The notes: generated from the letters alone by a model not told the origin. Counted from the stretch's first letter, positions 35,437 through 46,012 are shown. The stretch is 64,000 bases of DNA from Methanobacteriota archaeon (GCA_963720465.1 OY970393.1:672001-736000), one strand, 5' to 3'. Numbers and translations are program-made.

Positions 35437-36072
35437 ATGACTAATGTCGATCACTATAAAGGCACGACTACAATAGGCATAGTCTGCAACGACGGTGTTG
35501 TGCTCGCATCAGAAAGCCGCGTGTCTATGGGCAATTTCATATCCAGCAAAGAAGGCAAGAAGATTTATCAGATTGATAATCTCGTCGGGATGACGATCGC
35601 TGGGGGCGTAGGCGATGCGCAGAGCCTTGTGCGTACCATAACTGTAGAGGCTAAATTATATAAGATGAGACAGGGCAAACCGATGACCGTCGGAGCAATA
35701 GCAACTTTGTTGTCAAACATTCTGAACAGCAACCGTTTCTACCCGTATTTTGTGCAGCTTATGATAGGCGGCTTCGATAAGAACGCCTCGTCGCTGTATT
35801 CTTTGGACGCCGTAGGAGGTCAAATTGAAGAGCGCTTGGCTACAGCGCAGGGATCGGGATCTCCAATAGCTTTCGGCGTCATCGAAGATCGATACAGCGA
35901 AGAGATCTCCGTCGAAGAGGGTGTAGACCTCGCTATTAGAGCGCTTTCGTCCGCAATGAAGAGGGATTCGGCTTCTGGCAACGACATGCGGATCGTGCGG
36001 ATCACTGCAAAGGGATATGCCGAAGTAAACAAGGATGAGATAGACAAAAGAAAAGCCGCTCTAGCAATCTAA
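35437..36072 (+). CDS. psmB: Proteasome beta subunit
   Basis: Propeptide then G/TTTIG, GSGS, RDSASG. Confidence 0.97.
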   Translation: MTNVDHYKGTTTIGIVCNDGVVLASESRVSMGNFISSKEGKKIYQIDNLVGMTIAGGVGDAQSLVRTITVEAKLYKMRQGKPMTVGAIATLLSNILNSNRFYPYFVQLMIGGFDKNASSLYSLDAVGGQIEERLATAQGSGSPIAFGVIEDRYSEEISVEEGVDLAIRALSSAMKRDSASGNDMRIVRITAKGYAEVNKDEIDKRKAALAI

Positions 36073-36133
36073 ACAATCTGTTTCTTACCAACTTTTCTTT
36101 TCGTATTTTTTTTGTTTTTCTGGAAGTCGCACA

Positions 36134-38038
36134 ATGCCTGTTGAAGAAGCACTTATTGAGCTGACACAGCGTGTCAAAGAACGATTACCTTCTAACATCA
36201 AGATTACCGAACTTGAGTTTGAAGGGCCTGAAGTCGTGATCTACACTGACGATCCTAGGGCGTTCGCAGACAACGGAGAGATAGTTAAAAAACTCGCCCG
36301 AGAACTGCGTAAACGCATAGTAGTAAGGCCAGATCCCCGCGTTCTGGCAGACCCCGAAAAGTCAATAGAAGAAATAAGCGATATCGTGCCCGAAGAGGCG
36401 GGTATTACAAACCACTATTTTGACTTAGACACCGGTGAGATCGTTATTGAGGCCAAAAAACCGGGACTTGTAATCGGAAGGCACGGCGCCACACTCCGAG
36501 AGATTACAAAGCAAATAGGGTGGACGCCACGAGTGGTGCGAACCCCTCCAATCGAATCGGTTACTGTGAAGGAGATACGCCAGTACTTACGCTCTTTCAG
36601 CGACGAGCGTAAAGAGCTTCTTAAAGCGATGGGCCGAAAGATTCACAGGGAGATCACCTCGAAAGACCAATGGTTACGGGCGACTACTCTTGGCGGATGT
36701 CGTGAAGTCGGTAGAACCTCTTTTGTGCTCTCGACGCCTGAATCGAGGATACTAGTCGACTGCGGTGTTAACGTAGGATCGGAAGATAATGCAACGCCTT
36801 ATCTTTACGCGCCTGAAGTGAGCCCCCTCGACCAGATTGACGCAGTTGTCGTCACGCACGCACACCTCGATCACGCGGGGCTGGTTCCGCTCCTATTCAA
36901 GTACGGATATGAAGGTCCGATATATTGCACGCCGCCAACGCGTGACCTAATGTCGCTTCTACAACTCGACTACATTGATGTGGCTGCCCGCGAAGGCCAT
37001 AGGATCCCCTACGATTCAGCCAAGATACGGGAAGTCATAAAACACTCGATTGCATTGAACTATGGCGGAGTCACCGATATAGCCCCCGACGTACGACTGA
37101 CGTTCCACAATGCAGGACACATCCTAGGGTCATCCATAGCTCACTTTCACGTGGGTGAGGGGCTCTATAACGTCGCTTTCACTGGAGACTTCAAGTACGA
37201 ACAAACTAGGCTGTTTGACGCAGCAGTTAATAGCTTTCCAAGGCTCGAGGCGTTGATAATGGAGGCGACCTACGGAGGACCGCACGACCAAACGCCGTCG
37301 AGACGAGAGGCTGAAAACAAGCTGTACTCCATCATACGCCAAACGCTGTCAAAGGGCGGCAAAGTACTCATACCGGCGTTCGCAGTGGGACGAAGCCAAG
37401 AGGTTATGATCGTTCTCGAAGAGGGGATTCGCAAGAAGGTAATTGACGAAATACCTGTGTACCTCGACGGGATGATCTGGGAGGCGACCGCTATTCATAC
37501 GACGTACCCCGAGTACTTAAACAATGACTTGAGAAACATGATATTTCACGAGGGGATGAATCCGTTTCTCTCAGACAGTTTCGTGCGAGTAGAGCAAAAC
37601 ATGCGCGACGACATTGTGCGGGGAGAGCCGTGTGTAATTCTTGCGACGTCAGGCATGCTCAACAGTGGCCCCGTAATGGAGTATCTGAAAGCGCTTGGAC
37701 CACAGGAGAACAATACCTTAGTCTTTGTAGGGTATCAAGGAGAAGGGACGCTCGGGCGGCGCATACAGAAAGGGTGGAAAGAGCTGCCGATGTCAAACAA
37801 CGGCAAAACTGCGTCCATGCAAATGAATATGAATGTCGAGACGGTTGATGGATTCTCTGGACATTCGGACCGACAACAACTAATTGAGTACGTCAAGCGG
37901 CTAAACCCCCGGCCGGAAAAGATCGTAACAAGCCACGGCGAGGAAAACAAATGCATAGATTTGGCGAGCACCATATACAAGAAATTCAAGATTGAGACCA
38001 GAAGCCCTATGAATCTTGAAACCGTCCGATTTATGTGA
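36134..38038 (+). CDS. fttA: aCPSF1/FttA beta-CASP ribonuclease with KH domains
   Basis: N-terminal KH domains, [20 protein letters not shown]; follows psmB. Confidence 0.95.
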   Translation: MPVEEALIELTQRVKERLPSNIKITELEFEGPEVVIYTDDPRAFADNGEIVKKLARELRKRIVVRPDPRVLADPEKSIEEISDIVPEEAGITNHYFDLDTGEIVIEAKKPGLVIGRHGATLREITKQIGWTPRVVRTPPIESVTVKEIRQYLRSFSDERKELLKAMGRKIHREITSKDQWLRATTLGGCREVGRTSFVLSTPESRILVDCGVNVGSEDNATPYLYAPEVSPLDQIDAVVVTHAHLDHAGLVPLLFKYGYEGPIYCTPPTRDLMSLLQLDYIDVAAREGHRIPYDSAKIREVIKHSIALNYGGVTDIAPDVRLTFHNAGHILGSSIAHFHVGEGLYNVAFTGDFKYEQTRLFDAAVNSFPRLEALIMEATYGGPHDQTPSRREAENKLYSIIRQTLSKGGKVLIPAFAVGRSQEVMIVLEEGIRKKVIDEIPVYLDGMIWEATAIHTTYPEYLNNDLRNMIFHEGMNPFLSDSFVRVEQNMRDDIVRGEPCVILATSGMLNSGPVMEYLKALGPQENNTLVFVGYQGEGTLGRRIQKGWKELPMSNNGKTASMQMNMNVETVDGFSGHSDRQQLIEYVKRLNPRPEKIVTSHGEENKCIDLASTIYKKFKIETRSPMNLETVRFM

Positions 38039-38042
38039 CGCG

Positions 38043-38738
38043 TCAAGAAGTGTTATTGGCGCCGCAAGACGTCGCTTGGTAGTAGTCACACAAATCCGTA
38101 AGCGGGCACTTCCAGTGCTGCGGCCCCCGCGCGACGCATATTTCTCTGCCTAATCTAATTAGCGCTATATGGGCGAACTTTCGTTTTGCAGGCGGTATTT
38201 CGCCTTCTAAAGCCATCTTAACTGCACCATAACCTCCTTTTTGCGGAGCCAGCCCGATACGTCGCGACACTCTAAAAACGTGCGTGTCGACGGGGATGAT
38301 TTCAAAATCGCGAGCAAAAAGAAGGACTACATCTGCCGTCTTTGGCCCAACGCCCGAGACTTTCTGGAGCCGTTCTCTAGCAGATTGATAGCTGCCACCG
38401 ATGAAAGACCAGGTATCGCCTTCGTATTTTTCTAGTATTTCACGTGTTACCGCGCGTATGCTTCTCGCTTTCGTCTCGTACAATCCCGCCTGCTTAATTG
38501 CGCGCTCTATGTCTTGAACATCTGCCAAAGAGACGGCCTCAACTGTTTGATATTTGGAAAGAAGACTCCGAAAGGCTGCTCGGGAATTCGCTGAAGAGGT
38601 ATTCTGGGATAAAATCGTCTCTGCGATTAACCAAAAAGGCTCGTTTTGTTCTCGCCAATAATCGTCGTCGAACTTAATGTTGCCGAACAGCGACTCGAGT
38701 CGCTGTATAACAAGCTCTCCTTTCGTGACACTAGCCAT
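38043..38738 (-). CDS. nth: Endonuclease III (HhH-GPD glycosylase)
   Basis: ILSQNT, GVGPKTA HhH, PVDTHV, C-terminal Fe-S-type motif. Confidence 0.9.
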   Translation of the reverse strand: MASVTKGELVIQRLESLFGNIKFDDDYWREQNEPFWLIAETILSQNTSSANSRAAFRSLLSKYQTVEAVSLADVQDIERAIKQAGLYETKARSIRAVTREILEKYEGDTWSFIGGSYQSARERLQKVSGVGPKTADVVLLFARDFEIIPVDTHVFRVSRRIGLAPQKGGYGAVKMALEGEIPPAKRKFAHIALIRLGREICVARGPQHWKCPLTDLCDYYQATSCGANNTS

Positions 38739-38799
38739 GGTTATCTCGGAACATGTTAGCTGAATGCCTTTAAATTACTTCTAAGCATCTATGGGGGCC

Positions 38800-38857
38800 T
38801 GCTAAAGCACTCGCCTTCGTACGGCGGAGGTCGCGGGTTCGAATCCGACCGAGCGCA
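38800..38857 (+). repeat. Degenerate tRNA-Val 3'-half (att-like relic) at core/accessory boundary
   Basis: CGCC-TTCGTAC-GGCGG-AGGTC-GCGGG-TTCGAAT-CCGAC-CGAGCGCA; no D-arm or 5' acceptor strand. Confidence 0.75.
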
Positions 38858-38909
38858 TTGATCTCTTTTTGCGAGGCTGAAGCGGTCGTCGGAAAAAGAA
38901 TTGCACAAA

Positions 38910-39401
38910 TCACGTGTCACGGGCTTCTTTTTCCTCCGAGGCAGGGGAGAATTCACTCTCGCTCATCAACTTCGCGCGATAGCGCTTCTCCGCTTCCTCC
39001 TCTACCTTAAACTGAAGCTCGAGGAAGTCAGTAATGACTTGCCCTGCTTGCGGGTCCCCGCTACAGATGTCAAATATTACCTCGTGTTCTCTCTGGATCT
39101 TTTCCCAGTCCTTAGCTTGCGCCTTTGCCGCTTCCACGAGCGGAAGGATTCCAACGCCCTTTGCCGCGATATATGCCAAAGCTCGGCCCTTAGCCACGTC
39201 TTGACTTTTCGTGGCATTGCGGACAAGAGATACTGCCTCCTCGAAGATTGTGACCACGTCACTCGGTCCTTCAAGGCGAATAGGGCTCAAGATAGGCGCT
39301 GCATTCTCGGCGTCTGCCTGACGCTGCGCTTGGCGCTTCTCCAGCCTGCTAATCTTCGATTCGTGTTGCTTTGTGCTAATCCTCGATCCATATTGGCTCA
39401 T
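38910..39401 (-). CDS. Hypothetical helical protein, mobile-element-like
   Basis: 163 aa; overlaps the stop of the upstream ORF (ATGA); resembles its neighbour. Confidence 0.65.
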   Translation of the reverse strand: MSQYGSRISTKQHESKISRLEKRQAQRQADAENAAPILSPIRLEGPSDVVTIFEEAVSLVRNATKSQDVAKGRALAYIAAKGVGILPLVEAAKAQAKDWEKIQREHEVIFDICSGDPQAGQVITDFLELQFKVEEEAEKRYRAKLMSESEFSPASEEKEARDT

Positions 39402-39703
39402 TTAGATTGCTCCTCGAGCGCGGCTATCCGCTGTCCTTGATTCGTGATCTCAACGACCCGGAGGCCGATTTCCACGGCCCGTAACTTGATTCTCAACTTG
39501 GCCTCAAGGGCCAGCAAAGAGCCATCGGCGTTTCGCGCCTCGGCGACGACCTCGTTGACGAGGCCGCGAAAATCTTCAGCAGTCTCAAGTTGACGCGCGG
39601 TTAGCCGTGTGTCAATACTTTTTTTCGTCAATCCCTGGGCCCGTTGCATCCGCTTGTATGCCTTGTTATATTCGCGACGTCGTTCGGGGTTTGCGTAGGG
39701 CAT
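39398..39703 (-). CDS. Hypothetical helical protein, mobile-element-like
   Basis: MPYANPERRREY...LETAED...QRIAALE; SD GAGGCG. Confidence 0.7.
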   Translation of the reverse strand: MPYANPERRREYNKAYKRMQRAQGLTKKSIDTRLTARQLETAEDFRGLVNEVVAEARNADGSLLALEAKLRIKLRAVEIGLRVVEITNQGQRIAALEEQSK

Positions 39704-40259
39704 TTACTGATCGCCTCGCTCTGTTCTTACTCCTATTCTTTCAAAACACGCTCCTTCCAGACCGAGCCCTTGGACGTCGGTGGATCTCCACAAGGGAGGG
39801 ACAAGTTCGTCGATCGTAACCGACGTGGTATTCTTATGTTGTTGTAGCATGTTAACACCACTCATGGATTCAGCAAAGCGGGTATATATACCCCATGACG
39901 CGAAAACGCCATATTGGGCTCCGTTCATTTTTTTTATAAAAAACTGCTAACCACTGGGTCAACTGCTTCATGCACGCAGCCAAAACGACGTTGCGGGGGC
40001 GGCTTGTTCACCTTTTAAAAAAATGTGGCAATCTTAACCAACGGCCGAGCGGCACACTTTCGGCACGCGCTCAGGAGACATTCATTAGTCGCCGGTCGTT
40101 GATAACAATACTAAATGGCAGCACGATTCTTGGCACAGCATCTTCTGTGCAGAATTTGAAAGAAATTCAAATTAAACAAATAGCAAGGAATAACTAGACT
40201 GCATATTGTTATCAATTTGTCTAATTTACAATGCGCACTGGATCGTTACAGGTCTTCAA

Positions 40260-40796
40260 ATGAAGAAGGAAACTTCACAAGTCGCTGGCGAGCTCATCGA
40301 ACGCCTAGACTCCCACTTAGACGACGAGAGGATAGGCAACCCCTTTTTCCCTGAACGAGGGGTACAGCCTTTCCCACTCACGCCTAGCGGATTCAAGATC
40401 ATCCAACGCCTCGATTCCGACAAAAAAACGGCGTTCGTTGATGGCGGCAATCAAGAGATACTAGGAGCGCCCAACTTTTCTGTCCAACTCAACCGGGTCT
40501 ATTTTGGCGTTTGGAACGGAAACACAAGGATACCCGAAAGGTCCATCCCCAAGCGGGTCGAGTTCTTCGCAGCGACGTTCTCCGACTTTACCGAGGATTT
40601 GAAGAACATGACTATTCCAACGTTGGTCGTACACGGCGATGATGACCAGATAGTACCAATTCAAGCTGCGGCGTTGCGTACTGTTGAAATCGCGCCGCAG
40701 GCGACACTGAAGGTTTATCCGGGCGCACCGCACGGTCTGCCGACTGTCTGCCAAGATCAGTTGAACGCGGATCTGCTTGCCTTCATCAGGGCCTGA
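40260..40796 (+). pseudogene. Chimeric ORF: NurA-like N-terminus fused to non-heme haloperoxidase C-terminus
   Basis: [10 protein letters not shown]...LNRVYF, then DFTEDLK...[11 protein letters not shown]...YPGAPHGL...NADLLAF. Confidence 0.7.
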
Positions 40797-40864
40797 TGAT
40801 ACTCAAGTACAAAGCGCTGAATTTTCACTTTTTTTCATTATTTTAGGAACACACATGCGCGGCG

Positions 40865-41842
40865 CTATCGAGTGTTGTGCGGTGCACCCAGGTAGGGGAA
40901 TTCATGCAGCAGGTCAGTGTGCGGTCCACACTTGTCCGATGTCAACTTGCCATTGTACACGGTCAGAAAGAGGTCTTTCGAATCATCCGTGGGCACGCGC
41001 CCGTTTCCGGGATAAGCCGCGCCCTTCTTGGGGTCGTACGGCAAGACGTCAGGCAACAGGCTTCTGGCCGCTGCCTGCGCCCCTTCTGGGGTGTATCCGC
41101 CGGTATGCTCCAAGACATGCGTGAACATAGCCACGAATCTCTCGTCCTGCGCCGGCTCGCCTTCGAGGTACGCCTCTTTTTCGGCGTCAGTCATGAAGGG
41201 AGTCTGTGTGGGCCGCGCCCCGCGATCGGCTTGCGCCCAGCTACCGTTAACTTGCAAGAGGGACCGGCCCCACAGGTTCACCTTCACTCCGCCGCCAAGG
41301 GCGCTAAGGGGCAGCTCCAAGGCTATGCTGCAAACATCCTTGTCAGCGAACCAGTCCGTCCCTGTGAACTGCATGTTGTTCTGAGCTCCAGCCAGGTCGA
41401 AGAAGAACGGGTCGCTTCGCCAGCCGACAAACATGCGATACGCTCCAGACTCCGTTATCTGCGCCTCGCGACCCATCGAGACGGGCGCTCCCTGAAAGAT
41501 GACTTTTCCCTCCTCGCCTCTGCCGGCGGCCTCGGTCCCCTCCGCGCGACGCACGGTCGCGGTCATTGCATTATTGCCACTGCGGAAGAAGCGCACTCGA
41601 TAAGCGATGTCCGCGACTAGGTCCCCGTTCGTATCGACTCTTAGCTCATAGAGACCCCCCGGCGCGAAAGGTTCAGCGGTTGTTGGTCCAGGTGGATTTA
41701 GCCCAAATGAAGGATGCACGTCCATAATGACAATCGACTTGCTGGCATCATCGGGTTTGGGGAACGCGAAAAGGTCAGTGAGGTCCAAGCGGGCGTCTCC
41801 CCGCGCAAAGCCGAAATTCGGTCCAGAAAAATGGTGTGTCAT
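40865..41842 (-). CDS. DUF4331 family protein
   Basis: M.HHFSG...DLTDLFAF, GWRSDPFFFDL, LLPDVL, PGNGR, FPYLG. Confidence 0.82.
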   Translation of the reverse strand: MTHHFSGPNFGFARGDARLDLTDLFAFPKPDDASKSIVIMDVHPSFGLNPPGPTTAEPFAPGGLYELRVDTNGDLVADIAYRVRFFRSGNNAMTATVRRAEGTEAAGRGEEGKVIFQGAPVSMGREAQITESGAYRMFVGWRSDPFFFDLAGAQNNMQFTGTDWFADKDVCSIALELPLSALGGGVKVNLWGRSLLQVNGSWAQADRGARPTQTPFMTDAEKEAYLEGEPAQDERFVAMFTHVLEHTGGYTPEGAQAAARSLLPDVLPYDPKKGAAYPGNGRVPTDDSKDLFLTVYNGKLTSDKCGPHTDLLHEFPYLGAPHNTR

Positions 41843-42064
41843 TTTCTTAACCCCTTAAGATACTATTTTTTCCTCCGTGGCACGAGAGAGGTGCCCTATG
41901 TCAGCCCGTAGCTCTTGCTCATTCGGCTAAATGCCTTGTCCTGCGTATCCGTGATCCGGGTAGGGATTGAGCACTGTTCGAGTGGTTGCTCTAATTTGAC
42001 AGCGAAGAGAGGGAGAAGACGACGTTTACCGTGATGCGCCTTAGACGGCTGACTGATCTTTGAA

Positions 42065-42260
42065 TTATCCCGCGTTCAGGTTCACGTCTTTCCAGCACTT
42101 CATGTTAACATCATCAAGCGTGCTCCGACATGGGATGTTTGTAATGTGACTAGTCAACGCTGGACACGCCGTGAGTAAGGATGTAGGCTCGATTTGACTG
42201 ATCCCAGCCGATTATATCGCCGTGTAGCTCGGCAAATTTTCTTAGATCTCCGAGAACGAA
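42065..42260 (-). pseudogene. Tyrosine recombinase C-terminal catalytic fragment
   Basis: Hand translation FVLGDLRKFAELHGDIIGWDQSNRAYILTHGVSSVD*SHYKHPMSEH(fs)DVNMKCWKDVNL; LRKF...H...HY pattern; internal stop and frameshift. Confidence 0.72.
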
Positions 42261-42465
42261 AGCACGTGTTCCGTTTACCCCCCCTCATCTCCTAGCTCGT
42301 TATTTCTTTTTTCGATTTGCTTAGATTTTTGGGCCCGTTCACCAGCTGACGCAGAAGTCATAGAGTGACGGCCTTGGAGCTGCCGGTAGGACAGACTAAC
42401 TCGACTGCTAAACTATGCAGACCTGGACTCAGGAGACCATATCCTTCACTTGCTAAGAGTGGGGG

Positions 42466-43107
42466 CTATAATGTCGGGATGCGCTGCGTGAGTTCGGCCC
42501 AGTCGCTGCCGATGGCGTTTTTGATGAGCTCCTTTGTTGAGGCGAAGACAGGCTCAGGCATCATCATTTGATATATGTGTACCATAGTCTCACGATCGTC
42601 CAGTCCCAGCAGCGGAAACAGCCACGCAACCAGTTCCGAGAATCGTTCCTGCGGAACCTTGCTTACCATGATGCCAATAGCCTTCCCTTGCTCGGGTAAG
42701 GAGACTCGTTCCTTGAAAATCCGGTAGTGGGTATCCTCCTTATCCAGGTGGATATCGAGATGAAAACGGAACGCAGCGGTGGCCCGGGCGGTTGCTAACG
42801 GGTCGTGTGAAGCATAGGACCTACTCAACTCGTCAAATGCTGCATCCAAACCACGATGGTCCTTCACATAGGCTTCAGCAACCAACGGGGCGACATCTTC
42901 AAGTCGGGGGAACACAGCCTCCTCTTCGCCGTCTGCGTGCCAGACCAATACTTCGTTGAAGAAGCGGAAACGCTCGACGGTGGCGGCAAGACCCTCCTTT
43001 CCCCGTGCTGCGTCCAGCGCTGCAGCATCGATACGCTCCATGTCATTCCTGAGCGCATTGTGAGAAACCCGTATCACATCGAGTGGTTGAGTCATGATCG
43101 TTGCCAC
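42466..43107 (-). CDS. Hemerythrin/HHE domain protein
   Basis: HNALR, HADGEE, DH, HLDKED. Confidence 0.85.
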   Translation of the reverse strand: MATIMTQPLDVIRVSHNALRNDMERIDAAALDAARGKEGLAATVERFRFFNEVLVWHADGEEEAVFPRLEDVAPLVAEAYVKDHRGLDAAFDELSRSYASHDPLATARATAAFRFHLDIHLDKEDTHYRIFKERVSLPEQGKAIGIMVSKVPQERFSELVAWLFPLLGLDDRETMVHIYQMMMPEPVFASTKELIKNAIGSDWAELTQRIPTL

Positions 43108-43525
43108 GAAGTCCGCTCATAAAAAGCTTGCTCTGCCATTGCAGCGGCTGTTACGCTTTTTACCAGCTAAAGCGATCTTTATCGCTTTTCACAGTCCAAA
43201 GCGAAGCGCGTAGAGCATTCTCAAGTAAGTAGCAAAATATGAGCTGGGCGACCCAAGGAAAAGATTCGGAAATTATGTCCAATGTAAATATAAAGATTCT
43301 TAATCCGTTAATTTCCTGATGTAGATGTAGAGGTTCGTCGAATATGCAGAATACATCGCCTGAGATTCATCAGACAGCGTGCTTATGAATCCGCACTCAG
43401 AAAGTTCAAAAGTGGTCGATGGACAGGCGTAACGCCAATTTTGGTCAGCGCCGCGCTGACGTTATCGACGGAATTTAGAACGAATCGGAACGAAAATCGG
43501 CGCTGACCGCGTAGACGAAAGAAGT

Positions 43526-43744
43526 TCAGCGGCACCAGCAGCACCCGCACGTTCGCCGACCTCCGCTGAGCTCGTAGTCAGTGTACAGCGGGCAGCCCGG
43601 GCAATTACACCCTTGCATCTCTGGGTTTAATTCACTCGAGCTCATGGAGCAAAACACGCCACCCACGAGGCTGTTCTTGATAAACGTGAGACAGCTCTTG
43701 CAGATGCACTTTGCTTTTGTCTCTGCGTTCAAAGGAACTTTCAT
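43526..43744 (-). CDS. DUF2769-like Cys-rich small protein (3' end possibly disrupted)
   Basis: CICKSC..F...FC...GCNCPGCP; SD GGAGGTG before ATG 43744. Confidence 0.7.
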   Translation of the reverse strand: MKVPLNAETKAKCICKSCLTFIKNSLVGGVFCSMSSSELNPEMQGCNCPGCPLYTDYELSGGRRTCGCCWCR

Positions 43745-43814
43745 GTAGGAATCACCTCCGTCACGCTTTTCAAGCACACTGGATGCTATGGCCTAAAAAT
43801 TCTTTCGCATTTGC

Positions 43815-44022
43815 CACGTTTCGGGAGCACCAGAAGGGCTACGAGGCTGAGCCAGAAAAACCCGAAAGATAGGAATACGGTCATCCCGAACGTGTTCTTC
43901 TTCTTCTTCCACTCCACGATCCCTGCAATGACCTGAGCGAGACTCCGTAGAAGATTTCCATCCGAGGATCATCGAACCGAGGGCAAAGTACCCCGCTTGC
44001 TTAAGTTAAGAAGGACTGTCGT
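43815..44022 (-). pseudogene. SatP/GPR1/FUN34/YaaH acetate transporter remnant
   Basis: Broken frames give TTVLLNL..AGYF...MIL...IFYG.LAQVIAGIVEWKK.NTFGMTVFLSFGFFWLSLV. Confidence 0.72.
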
Positions 44023-44295
44023 TATCCCGAGGCCGTGAGCCGAGAACACCGTGGCGGCTCCTCCTTACGGGCAGTGCTGCAAACTGCCGGGGTCGCGACT
44101 ATGGCTTCGGCTCCACTTTTATCCGCATGCGGCCGAACAATTGTCGGGTTGTCCGACGATTTGATCTTGTAGATGTGCACGAATAAACGCGGAAAATGAC
44201 AACCATCTGCTTTACAGGTTGGAAATTTTGACATACTTTCGGCTCGGTTAAGTAGTGGTAACGCCGATTACGCTTTTTGAAGAGATCTGTGACCT

Positions 44296-45171
44296 ATGCC
44301 GGTATTGAGCATAATTTCTTGTGGAATGCTAGAGGACGAGCTGACGCATGTACTTTCTGAAGACAAAGAACTGAATCATCTGATTTTAGTTGATGCAGTA
44401 GAAATTTATGGGCTCGCACGGAAGCTAAGAGCCCAAAATCGGCCGTTTCTTACAGCAGACCTAACTCAGATCCCGAATCTGTTGAAGAAACAGCACGACG
44501 CTACTTCATTTTCGCGCGTTCCTACGACGAGGACACGTATTGCGGACGCCGTGCGTCGACTCCGGCACGGAAGGAGTATGAGCGATGCTGTTGTCGCGAA
44601 CGTTCTCAAAATGGATCTGCACGGAAGTCCTGAACAACTAAAAAAAGAAGTATATAGAAACATCGAAATCATGTCCAGCTTCTCGGATGGGATCCTCGTG
44701 CTATATGGGCTGTGCGAGTCTCTCAGAGACCTCGAACGTGATTTTGCTGAATGCCGGCCCCCACTTTACTTCTTGGCTGATGAGTGTGGAACGAGGGTAG
44801 ACGACTGCATCGCACTAGCGCTTGGAGGGAACCAGTCCTTTTGGCAGACGTCAAGTATCCATAGTAATATCGTATTCTTCTCCACTCCGATGTGGGCATC
44901 GAACTGGCAGAGCCTGAGCGAGCATTCAAAGTTGGACCAAAAACTAACCCAAAGCGTAGAGAAAATGTTGAAACATGCACGTTTCAAATTGAGATTGAAA
45001 GTTGCTAAAGTATATACAGGTCTTCGATATGAGCCTAATTTTGACGAAAATACTCGTGACTATGCACGGCAGAAACAAATAAACGTCATTCAACTGAGGG
45101 GAAATACGGACATTGTGGAGAGATGCTACCAGAAAGCGAAAAGTAGCGTCCGTAAGAGGATAGCTGAATAA
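44296..45171 (+). CDS. DUF1638 domain protein
   Basis: SCGMLEDEL, MDLH..PEQLK, DGILVLYGLC, VDDCIA..LGG, F.TPMW. Confidence 0.8.
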   Translation: MPVLSIISCGMLEDELTHVLSEDKELNHLILVDAVEIYGLARKLRAQNRPFLTADLTQIPNLLKKQHDATSFSRVPTTRTRIADAVRRLRHGRSMSDAVVANVLKMDLHGSPEQLKKEVYRNIEIMSSFSDGILVLYGLCESLRDLERDFAECRPPLYFLADECGTRVDDCIALALGGNQSFWQTSSIHSNIVFFSTPMWASNWQSLSEHSKLDQKLTQSVEKMLKHARFKLRLKVAKVYTGLRYEPNFDENTRDYARQKQINVIQLRGNTDIVERCYQKAKSSVRKRIAE

Positions 45172-45259
45172 AAGAGAGTTTAAGCTTTAACACGGTTTCT
45201 AAAACTCATTGGTCTTGTGTCGTCAGCGCGGCGGTTCTGGGCCATGATTTGGCCCGTTG

Positions 45260-45680
45260 TCAGACTGTTTCCCACAAGCGGTTTTCCTCACCCGGGTCAA
45301 AGATGAAATCCGTTAGTCGAAACGCTTTTCCTCCTTTAATATCGATTACAGTTACGCCACTATTTTTGCCCGCTCGTCCGTCGCGATTTGTAAGTTGAAC
45401 GTCCCAATGTATAGCAGCTGTATTGGTTCTCAAACCAAAGATGCTCTTGACATAGATGTCTTTAATATCGAAGTGAATACTCTGGAATTGGTCGAACCAC
45501 TGCCTGAGCCATCCTTCGATAGCAGCCTTTCCCTTGAAAGTGCCACTTCCCGGTACTTCGCCGGGATAGATTACCGTCGCGTCATCTCGGTAGGATGACA
45601 TAACCTTGGGCAAGTTATGTTGATTCATGGATTCGAAACTTTCTTTTATCGTTTTTTTTGATTATCAATCCTGCAATCAT
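45260..45680 (-). pseudogene. NTF2/SnoaL-like protein, frameshifted in an A8 run
   Basis: SD AGGAG + ATG 45680 (MIAGLIIKK); removing one A from 45652-45659 joins it in frame to ORF 45260-45628 (G..KGKAAIEGW..WF). Confidence 0.75.
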
Positions 45681-46012
45681 TATCTCTCCTTTCAAACTAA
45701 CGGATGACGTTAGTTTTTTGAAACTGGTAAATATTCGCTCTTTTTTAATAAAACTTGCTGTAACGGAGCGGTGTACGTCAACGCAGCGCAATCATCACTT
45801 TCTTGCTACTTTTTGCGAACATTATTGGACCTCGTCGCTATCTGGACCTATGTGAACAACGACTGCACAGAAATCGCAGAGCTGTTGCTGCAGCTAGCGG
45901 ACTACAAAAACGACTTTGCCGACATGGCCGCCGGGCACTGCTTAAAAGTCACACGTTCATAGCGATAGCAACCGCCGTTTTTAACAATTTGAAAAAAAAG
46001 AGATGCAGGTCA

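Noticed and set aside
40877-41620. 247-aa + strand ORF
   Set aside because: Antisense shadow of the DUF4331 gene in GC-richer sequence.
43443-43508. 11-bp inverted repeat GGTCAGCGCCG/CGGCGCTGACC as a MITE
   Set aside because: Single copy with no clear target-site duplication; may be a terminator-like structure or chance.
45771-45962. Ankyrin-like remnant (TEIAELLL)
   Set aside because: Too short and degenerate to support without a search.
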